Shown here in pieces: positions 28,045 to 37,756 of a DNA stretch of 64,000 nucleotides (positions are counted from its first letter, which is position 1; each line of letters begins with the position of its first letter). Origin of the DNA: an uncultured Actinomycetes bacterium (GTDB lineage: Bacteria > Actinomycetota > Thermoleophilia > UBA2241). Made by a program: the position numbers and the translations under genes. The DNA lies in the NCBI GenBank assembly GCA_963767005.1, contig CAVYCN010000014.1, positions 1 to 64,000 of the forward strand, read 5' to 3'. The notes under the pieces are model-generated. The model saw only the letters and a list, made by a program, of their open reading frames with translations. It made no database searches and was not told where the DNA came from.

Positions 28045-30086
28045 GCACCGACGTGAAGATCCTCGACGGCAACACCTTCGTGGTGAGCGACAACGCGGGC
28101 GACATCGAAGCGTCGCTGACCGATCCGACCGGCCTGTTCTCGTTCGACACGCGCTACCTGTCGCGCTGGGTCCTTACGGTCGACGAGCAGCGGCTGATGC
28201 CGCTGTCGGTCGACGACCTGCAGTACTACGAGGCGCGCTTCTTCCTGGTGCCGGCCACCGGCACCGTCTACGTCGACGCCAAGCTCTCGGTGATCCGGCA
28301 GCGCGCCGTCGGTAACGGCTTCCGTGAGCAGCTCACGTTGCTCAACCACGACGAGCAGGCGGTCGACCTGACCGTGCGCATCGAGGCCGACTGCGACTTC
28401 GCCGACCTGTTCGAGGTCAAGGACGCACTGGAAAAGCAGGGCGAGTACAGCCGGCGCGTCGACAACGGCCGGCTCGTGCTCGGCTACCGGCGCGACACCT
28501 ACGAGCGCGAGACCTGGATCACGGCGAGCGCCGCCTGCCAGGCGGACGAGCACGGCCTGACCTTCGCGGCGCACATCGAGCCGCACGGCGAGTGGAAGAC
28601 CGACCTCGAGGTCGCGGTGACGGGCCTGGCCGGCCCGGTCGCCGCGCGGCCCGGTCGCCGCAACCATCGTCCCGACATGGAGCGCAGCCTCACCAAGTGG
28701 CTCGCCGAGGCGCCCAAGCTCGAGTGCGACTCCGACGCCCTCGTGCGCACGTACCGCCGCAGCCTCGTCGATCTCGCCGCCCTGCGCTTCTCGCCGCCGG
28801 TCCTGGCCGGTCACAGCCTGCCGGCCGCGGGGCTGCCCTGGTTCATGACGATGTTCGGGCGCGACAGCATCTTCACCAGCCTGCAGGCCCTGCCGTTCAC
28901 GTCGGAGCTCGCCGCCAGCACGCTTACGGCGCTCGGCATCTGGCAGGGCACGCGGCGCGACGACTTTCGCGACGAGGACCCCGGCCGCATCCTCCACGAG
29001 ATGCGCTACGGCGAGATGACGGCCTTCGAGGAACGTCCCCACTCGCCCTACTACGGCTGCGCCGACGCCACCATGCTCTACGTGGTGCTGCTCGACGAGT
29101 ACGAGCGCTGGACCGGCGACACCAAGCTCGTGCGGGCACTCGAGGCCAACGCCAGAGCGGCCCTGGACTGGATCGACAAGTACGCCGACCTGCAGGGCAA
29201 CGGCTACGTCGCCTACCAGCGGCGCAACGAGAAGACCGGCCTCGAGAACCAGTGCTGGAAGGACTCCTGGGACTCGATCTCGTATCGTGACGGCCGCCTG
29301 CCGGGGTTCCCGCGGGCCACCTGCGAGCTGCAGGGCTACGCCTACGATGCCAAGGTGCGCGGCGCCCGCCTGGCGCGGCTCGTCTGGAAGGACCCCGAGC
29401 TCGCCGAACGGCTCGAGCGCGAGGCCGCCGACCTCAAGCGGCGCTTCAACCACGACTTCTGGGTGAGTGAGGGCGAGTACTTCGCGCTCGCGCTCGACGC
29501 CGACGGCTCCCAGGTCGACGCCGTCGCCTCGAACATGGGCCACCTGCTGTGGAGCGGCATCGTCGACAAGACCAAGGCGAAGGCGGTGGTCCGTCACCTG
29601 ATGGGGCCCGACATGTTCTCGGGCTGGGGCGTGCGCACGCTGGGTCGCGGCCAAGGCCGGTCCAACCCGATCGGCTACCACGTCGGCACCATCTGGCCCT
29701 TCGACAACTCGTTCATCGCCTGGGGCCTGCGGCGCTACGGCTTCAAGGCCGAGGCGGCCAGGGTCGCGGCCGGCATCTTGGACGCGGCCGACTTCTTTGA
29801 CGGCCGCCTGCCCGAGGCGTTCGGCGGCTACCCGCGCGAGCAGACCAAGTACCCGGTGCAGTACCCGACGGCCTGCAGCCCGCAGGCCTGGTCGACGGGC
29901 GCGCCCATGCTGTTCCTGCGCACCATGCTCGGCCTGGAGCCGATCGAGGATCATCTGATCATCGACCCGGCGCTGCCGCAGGGCATCGGTCGCCTGGAGC
30001 TGCTCGACATCCCCGGCCGCTGGGGCCGCGTCGACGCCTTCGGACGCGGCACGGTCGACGTGGAGCGCGCGCTACGAGCGGCCTGA
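28041..30086 (+). CDS. Amylo-alpha-1,6-glucosidase / glycogen debranching enzyme-like
   Basis: DTRYLS, AAGLPWFMTMFGRDS, PGRILHE, NQCWKDSWD, YHVGTIWP, PQAWS. Confidence 0.92.
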   Translation: MSTDVKILDGNTFVVSDNAGDIEASLTDPTGLFSFDTRYLSRWVLTVDEQRLMPLSVDDLQYYEARFFLVPATGTVYVDAKLSVIRQRAVGNGFREQLTLLNHDEQAVDLTVRIEADCDFADLFEVKDALEKQGEYSRRVDNGRLVLGYRRDTYERETWITASAACQADEHGLTFAAHIEPHGEWKTDLEVAVTGLAGPVAARPGRRNHRPDMERSLTKWLAEAPKLECDSDALVRTYRRSLVDLAALRFSPPVLAGHSLPAAGLPWFMTMFGRDSIFTSLQALPFTSELAASTLTALGIWQGTRRDDFRDEDPGRILHEMRYGEMTAFEERPHSPYYGCADATMLYVVLLDEYERWTGDTKLVRALEANARAALDWIDKYADLQGNGYVAYQRRNEKTGLENQCWKDSWDSISYRDGRLPGFPRATCELQGYAYDAKVRGARLARLVWKDPELAERLEREAADLKRRFNHDFWVSEGEYFALALDADGSQVDAVASNMGHLLWSGIVDKTKAKAVVRHLMGPDMFSGWGVRTLGRGQGRSNPIGYHVGTIWPFDNSFIAWGLRRYGFKAEAARVAAGILDAADFFDGRLPEAFGGYPREQTKYPVQYPTACSPQAWSTGAPMLFLRTMLGLEPIEDHLIIDPALPQGIGRLELLDIPGRWGRVDAFGRGTVDVERALRAA

Positions 30087-30330
30087 ACCGGCACGTCGCG
30101 CGCATGGAGGCGCGCCGGCTGCCCGACGGGCGGCCGGCGCGCGAACGACGGCTGCCGCCCGGCGCCGACGAGGACCGCGGTCTGCTTCCCGATCTCGCCG
30201 GAGGCCCGGACCGTCGCCGGCTGGTCGTCGCGGTCGTCGCCGCCGTCATCGTGGTCGGCGCCATAGTCTTCTGCCCTACGACCGCCGCGCCGAGCGGCCG
30301 CCGGTAGCCGATCGGCGCCGCGGTACCGCC

Positions 30331-31734
30331 CTACGGCTGCCGCGCCGAGCGGCCCGGCAGGAAGACGGCGGCGACGAGGCCGATCACGCCGATGCCGGCC
30401 AGGGCGATCATCGCCAGGGCGTAGGCGTGGTTTCCCGACGCGAGGTCGGAGACCAGGATCGTGCCGGCGATCGCCGTGCCGAGCGACGACCCCAGGTTGG
30501 ACACGCTGCGCGACAGGCCCGAGATCTCGCCCTGCTTCTCCTCGGGGAAGGCCGACTGCACGATGTTGACCGACGGCGTGAGCATGGTCCCGACGCCGAG
30601 ACCGATCAGGAACAGCGCCGGTAGGAACAGCAGGATGCTCGACGAGATGTGGGCGAAGCCCAGCCCCAGACCTATGCCGGCCAGCGTGACGACGAAACCG
30701 GCCACGACGAGCGTCTTCTGTGCGTAGCGTTCGGCGAGGCGCCGCTGGGTGACCGACGACAGCAGCACGCCGACCGTCGCCGCCGTGAACGTCAGGCCGG
30801 TCTCGATCGCGCTGAAATGGCGCACCGTCTGCAGGTACACCGAGACGACGAACGAGACGCCCATGAGCAGCAGCCATTGCACGTTCTGGGTCACGAGGCC
30901 GAGGTTGGAGGTGCGGTCGCGAAACAGCGAGGTCGACAGGAGCGGCTCGCGGCCGGCGCGCTCGCGGGCGCGCACATGCAGGAAGAACCAGGCCAGGACG
31001 GCGGCGCCGGCCAGCAGGAAGGTGACGAAGAGCCCGTTGTTGCTGCCCGCCTGCAGGATGCCGATCACCACGAAGAACATGCCGATCGCCGACAGCACGG
31101 CGCCGAAGGTGTCGAACGGGCGCGTGCGGTCGGCCGCGACGGGGTCGACGATCCGCCGGGAGAGGACGATGATCACGGCCACGATCGCCGCCTGCAGCAG
31201 GAACGACACGCGCCAGCTGATCGTCGTCGTGATGAGGCCGCCGATCAGCGGTCCGGCCGCTGACCCGACGCCGGCCATGGCGCTGATCAGGCCGAACGCC
31301 CAGGCGCGCGACTTCGTGTCCTTGAAGGCCATCGTCGTCAGGATGTACACGGGCGGGATCAGCAGGGCGGAGCCGACGCCCTGGAAGGCAGAGTAGCCCA
31401 CGATGAGCACCGCGAGGCCGGGCGCCAGGGCGGCGATCACGGCCCCGGCGCCGTAGATGGTGAGCCCGCCGATCAGGCAGGCCTTGCGGCCCAGGATGTC
31501 GGTGAGCTTGCTGCCCGGGATCATGAGGGCGGCCATGGTCAGCAGGAACAGGGTGATGGCCGTCTGGACGCCGTGCACGGTCGTGCCGATGTCCTTCGCG
31601 ATGCTGCCGATCGCGACGTTCATGTTCGAGCCCGCGAAGCTGCACACGAACTGGGCCAGGGCGAGCGGCAGCAGCATGGCCCGCGGCGACAGCACGCCGC
31701 TCGTGGCCGTGGTCGCCGGCGCGGTCGGGCTCAC
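30331..31734 (-). CDS. MFS transporter (DHA2-like)
   Basis: LALAQF, GSKLTDILGRK, GPLIGG; GTGA overlap with DUF2252. Confidence 0.9.
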   Translation of the reverse strand: MSPTAPATTATSGVLSPRAMLLPLALAQFVCSFAGSNMNVAIGSIAKDIGTTVHGVQTAITLFLLTMAALMIPGSKLTDILGRKACLIGGLTIYGAGAVIAALAPGLAVLIVGYSAFQGVGSALLIPPVYILTTMAFKDTKSRAWAFGLISAMAGVGSAAGPLIGGLITTTISWRVSFLLQAAIVAVIIVLSRRIVDPVAADRTRPFDTFGAVLSAIGMFFVVIGILQAGSNNGLFVTFLLAGAAVLAWFFLHVRARERAGREPLLSTSLFRDRTSNLGLVTQNVQWLLLMGVSFVVSVYLQTVRHFSAIETGLTFTAATVGVLLSSVTQRRLAERYAQKTLVVAGFVVTLAGIGLGLGFAHISSSILLFLPALFLIGLGVGTMLTPSVNIVQSAFPEEKQGEISGLSRSVSNLGSSLGTAIAGTILVSDLASGNHAYALAMIALAGIGVIGLVAAVFLPGRSARQP

Positions 31735-33203
31735 ACGCCCGTCTCGGCCGGCACCGCGCCGCGGGCGATGGCCGCGGTCAGCAGCTCGAAGTCGCGCTCC
31801 ATCTGGTCGGCGTATGCCTCGGCGAAGTCGACGAGGGCACGTTCGAAGCGGTCGCTGCGGCCCAGGTACGTCGCGATCACGACCGGGTCGCCGGCGCGGG
31901 CGTGGGCACGGGCCAGGGCCCAGCCGCAGGCGGCGCCGTACAGCGCGAGGCCGGCCGCTACGCGCGCGCCTTCGAACGAGCCCTTCATGTCGCGGAGCTG
32001 ACGCCAGTAGAAGTCGCGGTGCTGCGCGCCGGCCCCGCGGATCCAGCCCAGGAAGATGTCGCTCGCGGCCTGCATGAGCCGCTGGCCAGCGACCACGCGA
32101 TGCCCGCAGTTGGCGTGCCGGCTGCGGCCGAGGTAGGGCTCGAGCACGGACGGCCCGGCCTCCTTGACCTGCAGGAAGAGGGGGTCCTCGCCGCTGCGCC
32201 CGACGAGAAGGCCGATCAGGCAGATCGTGCCGACGCTGCCGACCCCGACGACCTTCTGGGCGAGGTCGACCATGGTGAAGCGCTCGAGCAGCACGCGGCG
32301 GTCGTCGGGCAGCGTCTTGCGATAGTCGACGTACCCTTGACGGACGATCCTGCGAAGCTCCTGCTGCTCGAGGGGCAGGTGCACGACGAGCGGCGGGTCG
32401 TCGACGATCTCGCGGCGGCCGTCGACGACGCGCGTCAGCTTGTTGAAGGCCTGCAGGCTGTCGCGCGTGCGTGCCTTGGCTTCGGTGGCGCGCGCGTTGC
32501 GCTCGGCGCGGCGCGCCACCTTGCCCTTGGCCAGGCTCCCGATCTCGCCCTGCAGGTCGTCTGCCGCGACACGCGAGTACCACACCTCGAGCTCGCTCAT
32601 CTCGGCGTACGAGAGCATGCGTTCGCGGTAGGAGCGCACGGCGGCGAGGGCCGCGTCGCGTCCGCCGCGAGCGTCGAAGCCGGCGTCGCGGGCGGCGATC
32701 ACGAAGCTCGCGGCGAGGCGCTTGACGTCCCACTCGAACGGCCCCGGCAGGGTCTCGTCGAAGTCGTTGATGTCGAACAGCAGGGTCCGTTCGGGCGACG
32801 CGAACAGGCCGAAGTTCGAGAGGTGGGCATCGCCGCAGAGCTGCGTCGTGACGGCGGTGTGCGGCAGCGTCGCGAGGTCGGCGGCCATGACGGCGGCCGA
32901 ACCGCGGAAGTAGGCGAAGGGCGACACGGACATGCGTCCGTAGCGGATCGGCACGAGCTCCGGCGCCCTGTCAGGGTCGCCGGCGCGGAGCAGCTCGACC
33001 GGGTCGGGACGGTCGGCCGCCGGTTGCCAGCGGGCGTGGTCGCCGCGCGGCAGCGCGCGCCGGGCCTCGCGGCCCAGACGGCGGCGCTCGGCGGGCGAGC
33101 TCACGGACCCGAGGGGCGTGGTGCCGATGGGGATGTCGGCCGGAGCGACCGCCTGGGCGCCCGTCGAGGGGCCGCGGTCCGCTCGCGAAGATGCCGGGCT
33201 CAT
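31731..33203 (-). CDS. DUF2252 family protein
   Basis: RYGRM, CGDAHLSNFG, FDINDFDE, KVVGVGSVG, LQVKEA, RQLRDMKGS. Confidence 0.95.
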   Translation of the reverse strand: MSPASSRADRGPSTGAQAVAPADIPIGTTPLGSVSSPAERRRLGREARRALPRGDHARWQPAADRPDPVELLRAGDPDRAPELVPIRYGRMSVSPFAYFRGSAAVMAADLATLPHTAVTTQLCGDAHLSNFGLFASPERTLLFDINDFDETLPGPFEWDVKRLAASFVIAARDAGFDARGGRDAALAAVRSYRERMLSYAEMSELEVWYSRVAADDLQGEIGSLAKGKVARRAERNARATEAKARTRDSLQAFNKLTRVVDGRREIVDDPPLVVHLPLEQQELRRIVRQGYVDYRKTLPDDRRVLLERFTMVDLAQKVVGVGSVGTICLIGLLVGRSGEDPLFLQVKEAGPSVLEPYLGRSRHANCGHRVVAGQRLMQAASDIFLGWIRGAGAQHRDFYWRQLRDMKGSFEGARVAAGLALYGAACGWALARAHARAGDPVVIATYLGRSDRFERALVDFAEAYADQMERDFELLTAAIARGAVPAETGV

Positions 33204-33379
33204 CGAAACTCCTTCCCGTCGCCTGAGACGACCGATCCGGCGCTGGGCGTCGACCGGTCCGGCGCGCGCAGCATCGTGAGGCGGCGCGGCGCCCAGGCTT
33301 CGGTATATGCCCGTCGGGTGGACGGTCGGTCAGGGTGCCGTTTGCGTCGGGCGTCACGGCGGCGTGCGCCGCGGGAGCG

Positions 33380-34759
33380 TCAGGGATGCGGCTGGAGCGG
33401 CAGTTCGCGGCGCGCCCGGCGAAACTCCTCGACGTCGGGCCAGTCGAGGCCGCCGGAGGGGCCGGCGTAGCGCGCCCGTTCGTAGAGGACGATCAGGCGG
33501 GCACGTGTGGCGCCGGCCTCGTCGGCGGTCAGACAGGTGTCGAGGTAGCGCCGCACCGTCTGCGACGGTGCGCGCTCGTGGCCGGCCCGGCGCAGCGTCC
33601 GCTCGAGCCGGCGGTACTCGGCGCGCAGGGCTTCGGCAGGCGTGCGGTCGCGCTCGACCAGGCGCCGCAGGCGGCGCGCCAGGCGGCGGCCGGCGCCGCG
33701 CAGCTCGGGCTCGTGCGCCAGGTGCTCGTGCTCCTCGATCACGGTGTCCTCGGCCGCGCGCCGCTCGACCCTGAGCGAGCGCGTCACGAGCCACACGGCC
33801 AGCGCCGCGAGCGCGACCAGAGCGCAGAGGCCGGCGACCTCCGCGACGATGGGATTGCTGTGGCTCGGCCGCGGGGTGGTCGTCTTGAGCGGGTTCGAGG
33901 ACGAGGGCTTGATGGCGATCGTGTGCAGGTGGAGGTGGAACGGCGCGACCAGCGCGGCGATCGCGCGCACGACGAGGTAGGCCGCGCCGGCGGCGGCATA
34001 GCCGACGCCGTCCTGCAGCCCGCGCAGACCGGCGGCCAGGGGCCCGCCCAGGCAGGCGAGCGCGCCGTCGAGCGGCGCCGCGGTCAGCAGCAGGGCGAGC
34101 GCCAGGGCGACCAGGTCGACGAGCAGCATCACGCCGATCCAGCGGACCGGGGCGGCGCCGCCCTCGACCGCGGCGGCGATCGACCGCAGGCGCGCGACGA
34201 CGATCAGACCGGCGGCCGCCATCACGGCGACCGCCACGAGCAGCCCGGCGCCGGCCGGCCCGTGGCCGCCGAGCGACGCCAGGAACACGACCACGAAGAC
34301 GAGCAGAAAGCAGCGCAGGGCGCGCCGCAGGGCCCGGTCCGGGTCGATCTCGGCGCGGCCGATGAGCACGCCGAGCTCGAGGCAGACGGCGACCACGACG
34401 ACGGCGCGCGTGACCGTGGCGCTCGTCGTGCGCAACCCGTGCGGCGCGGCGACCGCGACGAGCGCGGCCGCCGCGCCGATGCCGAGCGCGAGCAGCGCCA
34501 GGCGGTAGCGCGCCGGCGCCGCCGTCACATGGGGCGCCGGCTCCGCGCCCCGGGCCAGCGCGGCCGCCGCGTCGGCGGCGGCCGCGCGCCGCGCCCGGGA
34601 CGCGAGCAGGCTCGCCGTCGCGATCAGGCAGAAACAGAGCGCCACCGGGCCGGCCGGCGCCGACGAGGTGAGCAGCGCCGTGAGAGTGCCCACCCAGAGC
34701 GCCTCGAGCAGCGCCGCCAGGAGCGGCGCGCCGGCGTCGAGCCAGGGCGAGCGCATCAT
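33380..34759 (-). CDS. DUF4129 membrane protein
   Basis: Multiple TMs; C-terminal YRRL...RAPSQT...LYERARY. Confidence 0.8.
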   Translation of the reverse strand: MMRSPWLDAGAPLLAALLEALWVGTLTALLTSSAPAGPVALCFCLIATASLLASRARRAAAADAAAALARGAEPAPHVTAAPARYRLALLALGIGAAAALVAVAAPHGLRTTSATVTRAVVVVAVCLELGVLIGRAEIDPDRALRRALRCFLLVFVVVFLASLGGHGPAGAGLLVAVAVMAAAGLIVVARLRSIAAAVEGGAAPVRWIGVMLLVDLVALALALLLTAAPLDGALACLGGPLAAGLRGLQDGVGYAAAGAAYLVVRAIAALVAPFHLHLHTIAIKPSSSNPLKTTTPRPSHSNPIVAEVAGLCALVALAALAVWLVTRSLRVERRAAEDTVIEEHEHLAHEPELRGAGRRLARRLRRLVERDRTPAEALRAEYRRLERTLRRAGHERAPSQTVRRYLDTCLTADEAGATRARLIVLYERARYAGPSGGLDWPDVEEFRRARRELPLQPHP

Positions 34760-35982
34760 CTGCCTCCGGCGAGAGGCAGGGCATCGGCCGACCGCCAGTC
34801 GATGCCGGCGTCGACGCGGCAGTCGACCAGGTGGGCGAGCTCGGGCGGCGGCGTGCCCACGAAGACGACCCGGGTCGTCGCCTCGCGTCGGAGCGCCTCG
34901 ATCGCGGCGGCGAGCTCGTCGTCGAGCAGGGCGGTGACGAGCAGGTAGTCGGTGGCGTCGCGCGGCGCGGCGGCCTCGGCGGCGAGCAGACGCTCGAACG
35001 GCATTGGCGGCCAGAGCGCGACGCGGGCGAGCGTCTCGAGGACCTCGCCGAGCGAGTCGGCGGCCGGCTCGATGCTCACGCCGGCCGCCCCCCGCGTGAG
35101 CTGGGCGTTCGACAGCAGGCCGACCGCAAAACCGAGCGAGGCAACACCGGCCGCGAGCGAGGCGCCGACCACGCAGAGCGTCTCCATGACCTCGGTGTCG
35201 AGCCCTTCGTAGATGTAGCGGACGGTGCGCAGGTTGAGGGCGATCATGGCCTGGGCCGTGACCGTGGGCTCGAAGAGGTTGGTGACGAGCTCGCGGCTGC
35301 GCGCCGTGGCGCGCCAGTTGATGACGCGGGGCGGGTCGCCGCGGCGGTACGGCCGCGAGCCGACGAGGCCGGTCGGGTCGCGGGCGAGCGACAGGCGCGC
35401 CGGCGCGTCGATCTGGGGGCGCCCGAACAGCGGCACGAGGTCGGGCACGGCGAGCACCTTGGGCAGCACCAGGAGCCGGTCGACCCCGGGGATCTCGCGC
35501 TCCGCCGAGGAGATCCCGAGCGGGTCGCCGGCCTCGGCCGTGGCCGGGCCGAACTCGTGCAGGCCGCGCTCGCGACAGCGCACGCGGTGGCGTCGGGCGA
35601 CGCGTTCCCACCAGCGCAGCGCATAGGTGTGGTCGAGGATCCGCACGGTACTCTCGCCCGAGTACCGCACGGCGAAGCCGAGCGGCTCGACGGCGGCGGG
35701 CCAGCGGTCGCGCAGGCGCAGCCACAGCACCGGCAGCCACTTGTGGTTGGTCACCTCGAGGCGGACCTCGACCTCGTCGCCCCAGCCGACCACCGAGCGC
35801 GACAGCCGGCGCGAGTAATCGAGGCCGTCGAAGAGGTGGCCGCGGGCGCAGGCGGCGGCCGCGCCGAGCAGGGTCGCGGCGAGGGCGCCGAGCACGAGGG
35901 CGCGGGCGTGGACGAGGGCGCCGGCGATCACGCCGAGCGCCCCGCAGACGAGGATCAGGCGGAGCTGAGCCGAGCGCAGCAC
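34756..35982 (-). CDS. DUF58 family protein
   Basis: RPYRRGDPPRVINWRATAR. Confidence 0.92.
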   Translation of the reverse strand: MLRSAQLRLILVCGALGVIAGALVHARALVLGALAATLLGAAAACARGHLFDGLDYSRRLSRSVVGWGDEVEVRLEVTNHKWLPVLWLRLRDRWPAAVEPLGFAVRYSGESTVRILDHTYALRWWERVARRHRVRCRERGLHEFGPATAEAGDPLGISSAEREIPGVDRLLVLPKVLAVPDLVPLFGRPQIDAPARLSLARDPTGLVGSRPYRRGDPPRVINWRATARSRELVTNLFEPTVTAQAMIALNLRTVRYIYEGLDTEVMETLCVVGASLAAGVASLGFAVGLLSNAQLTRGAAGVSIEPAADSLGEVLETLARVALWPPMPFERLLAAEAAAPRDATDYLLVTALLDDELAAAIEALRREATTRVVFVGTPPPELAHLVDCRVDAGIDWRSADALPLAGGR

Positions 35983-35997
35983 GGGATGTCCGTTTCG

Positions 35998-37125
35998 TCA
36001 GTCGTCGGCGGGCGACTCGACGGGCGCGGCGACCGCGGCGAGCAGGCCCTCGACGACGTCCTCGGGGCGGCGGCGCTCGGCCGCCGCGTCGCGCGAGAGC
36101 AGCAGGCGGTGCGAGAGCACCGGCACGGCCAGCCCGCCGACGTCGTCGGGGATGACGTAGCCGCGGCCGGCCAGGGCCGCCGACGCCTGGGCCGCGCGCA
36201 TGAGCGCGAGGGCGGCGCGCGGGCTGGCGCCGAGCGCGACGTCGGCGGCCTCGCGCGTGGCGCGTACGAGGTCGACGACGTAGCCCTCGACCGGCGGCGC
36301 GACGTGGACCGCGCGCACGACGGCCTGGGCGGCGAGCAGCTCCGCGGCACCGGCCACCGGACGCAGGGCGGCCAGCGGGTCGTCGGTGCGGAAGCGGCCG
36401 AGCATGGCCGTCTCCTCGGCGCGGCTCGGATACCCCATGCGCAGGCGCAGCAGAAAGCGGTCGAGCTGCGCTTCGGGCAGCGGGAAGGTGCCCTTCAGCT
36501 CGACGGGGTTCTGCGTGGCGAGCACGAGGAACGGGCGGGGCAGCGGGTGCGAGGTGCCTTCGATCGTGACCTGGCGCTCCTCCATCGCTTCGAGGAAGCT
36601 CGACTGCGTGCGCGGTGTCGCGCGGTTGACCTCGTCGGCGAGCACGAGGTTGGCGAAGATCGGCCCGGGGCGAAAGTCGAACTCGGCGCTGCGCTGGTCG
36701 AACACCTCGCTGCCGGTGACGTCGGCGGGCAGCAGGTCGGGCGTGCACTGCACGCGCACGAAGCGCAGGCCGAGCGACGCGGCCAGGGTGCGCACCAGGA
36801 GCGTCTTGGCGACGCCGGGCACGTCGTCGATCAGCACGTGGCCCTCGGCGAGCAGGGCGACCAGGACCAGGCGCACCTGCTCGCGCTTGCCGACGATCAC
36901 GCGCTCGACCGCGCTCGCCACGTCGTGTGCCAGGCGCTCGACGGGCGCGACGTCGGTGGCGCCGGTCGCAGCCGGGGCGGCGGCGGTCGCAGCCGGGGCG
37001 GCGGCGGTCGCAGCCGGGGCGGCGGCGGTCGCAGCCGGGGTGTCGACGGCCGCCGGCCGTGCGTCGGGTGCGGTCGTGATGGTCGGAGGGTGCTGTCGCT
37101 GCGGGTCGGCGTCCACGGGAGCCAT
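35998..37125 (-). CDS. moxR: MoxR family AAA+ ATPase
   Basis: DVPGVAKT, TPDLLPAD, LADEVNR, ATQNP, PEAQLDRF, GASPRA. Confidence 0.95.
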   Translation of the reverse strand: MAPVDADPQRQHPPTITTAPDARPAAVDTPAATAAAPAATAAAPAATAAAPAATGATDVAPVERLAHDVASAVERVIVGKREQVRLVLVALLAEGHVLIDDVPGVAKTLLVRTLAASLGLRFVRVQCTPDLLPADVTGSEVFDQRSAEFDFRPGPIFANLVLADEVNRATPRTQSSFLEAMEERQVTIEGTSHPLPRPFLVLATQNPVELKGTFPLPEAQLDRFLLRLRMGYPSRAEETAMLGRFRTDDPLAALRPVAGAAELLAAQAVVRAVHVAPPVEGYVVDLVRATREAADVALGASPRAALALMRAAQASAALAGRGYVIPDDVGGLAVPVLSHRLLLSRDAAAERRRPEDVVEGLLAAVAAPVESPADD

Positions 37126-37229
37126 CCTCCGCCAACCGTGGCCGCGTGGCAAACGGACGTGCTCGCGACTCAGACGGGGACCGGCAGGCGCGGCGTCCGC
37201 GCCGGGACGGCGTCGCTCGCCGGTCTCTG

Positions 37230-37406
37230 CTAGATGTCGAGGTAGCGGTAGGCCTTGTAGCCGGCCCAGACGCCGGCGAGCCCGCCGATGGTGCCGCCGG
37301 CGAAGCTGCCGAGTCCCCAGGCGCTCGCATGGAGCAGCACGACCGGCAGGTAGGCGCCGACGAGGCCGCCGACTGTGAACCCGGCGTAGACGATCGTCTT
37401 GCCCAC
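37230..37406 (-). CDS. Small glycine-rich membrane protein
   Basis: VGKTIVYAGFTVGGLVGAYLP...GGLAGVWAGYK; AGGAG RBS. Confidence 0.65.
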   Translation of the reverse strand: MGKTIVYAGFTVGGLVGAYLPVVLLHASAWGLGSFAGGTIGGLAGVWAGYKAYRYLDI

Positions 37407-37756
37407 GGTCCCGATCTCCTGTGTGAGGGCGGCCGCGTGCCGCCGCGTCGTCACCGGTATCGGTGGGCCGGTCGCCGTGCTTGAGGGCCGCCGGCTCTGC
37501 GGTAGCATGGACCACGTACGGGCGCCTCCGTAAACGACGGATGGCGCCGCGACACCGGCCCCAAGGCATAGGTTCTGTTGCAGCGCGGGCGCTCGCTCCG
37601 CGGGCGCCCGCGCCGATTCCGGTCACGGGGGGTTGCCATGGATCGTCCCGTGCGGCGTGCGACCCTCGTCGCGATCGCGAGCAATCGATACTTTCGGCCG
37701 CGACCCGCGTCTAACCGGCGAACGAAGATCGACCTTCTGCGCCGAGATAGGACTGC

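Noticed and set aside
30104-30307. 67-aa ORF with hydrophobic end
   Set aside because: No clear RBS or family motif; may be a remnant but unsupported.
33380-37330. 1316-aa ORF and other long Arg/Ala/Pro-rich ORFs (e.g. 254..2995, 50845..53544, 27408..29954)
   Set aside because: Shadow frames caused by stop-codon scarcity at high GC; only the DUF4129 part of the 1316-aa ORF is protein-like.
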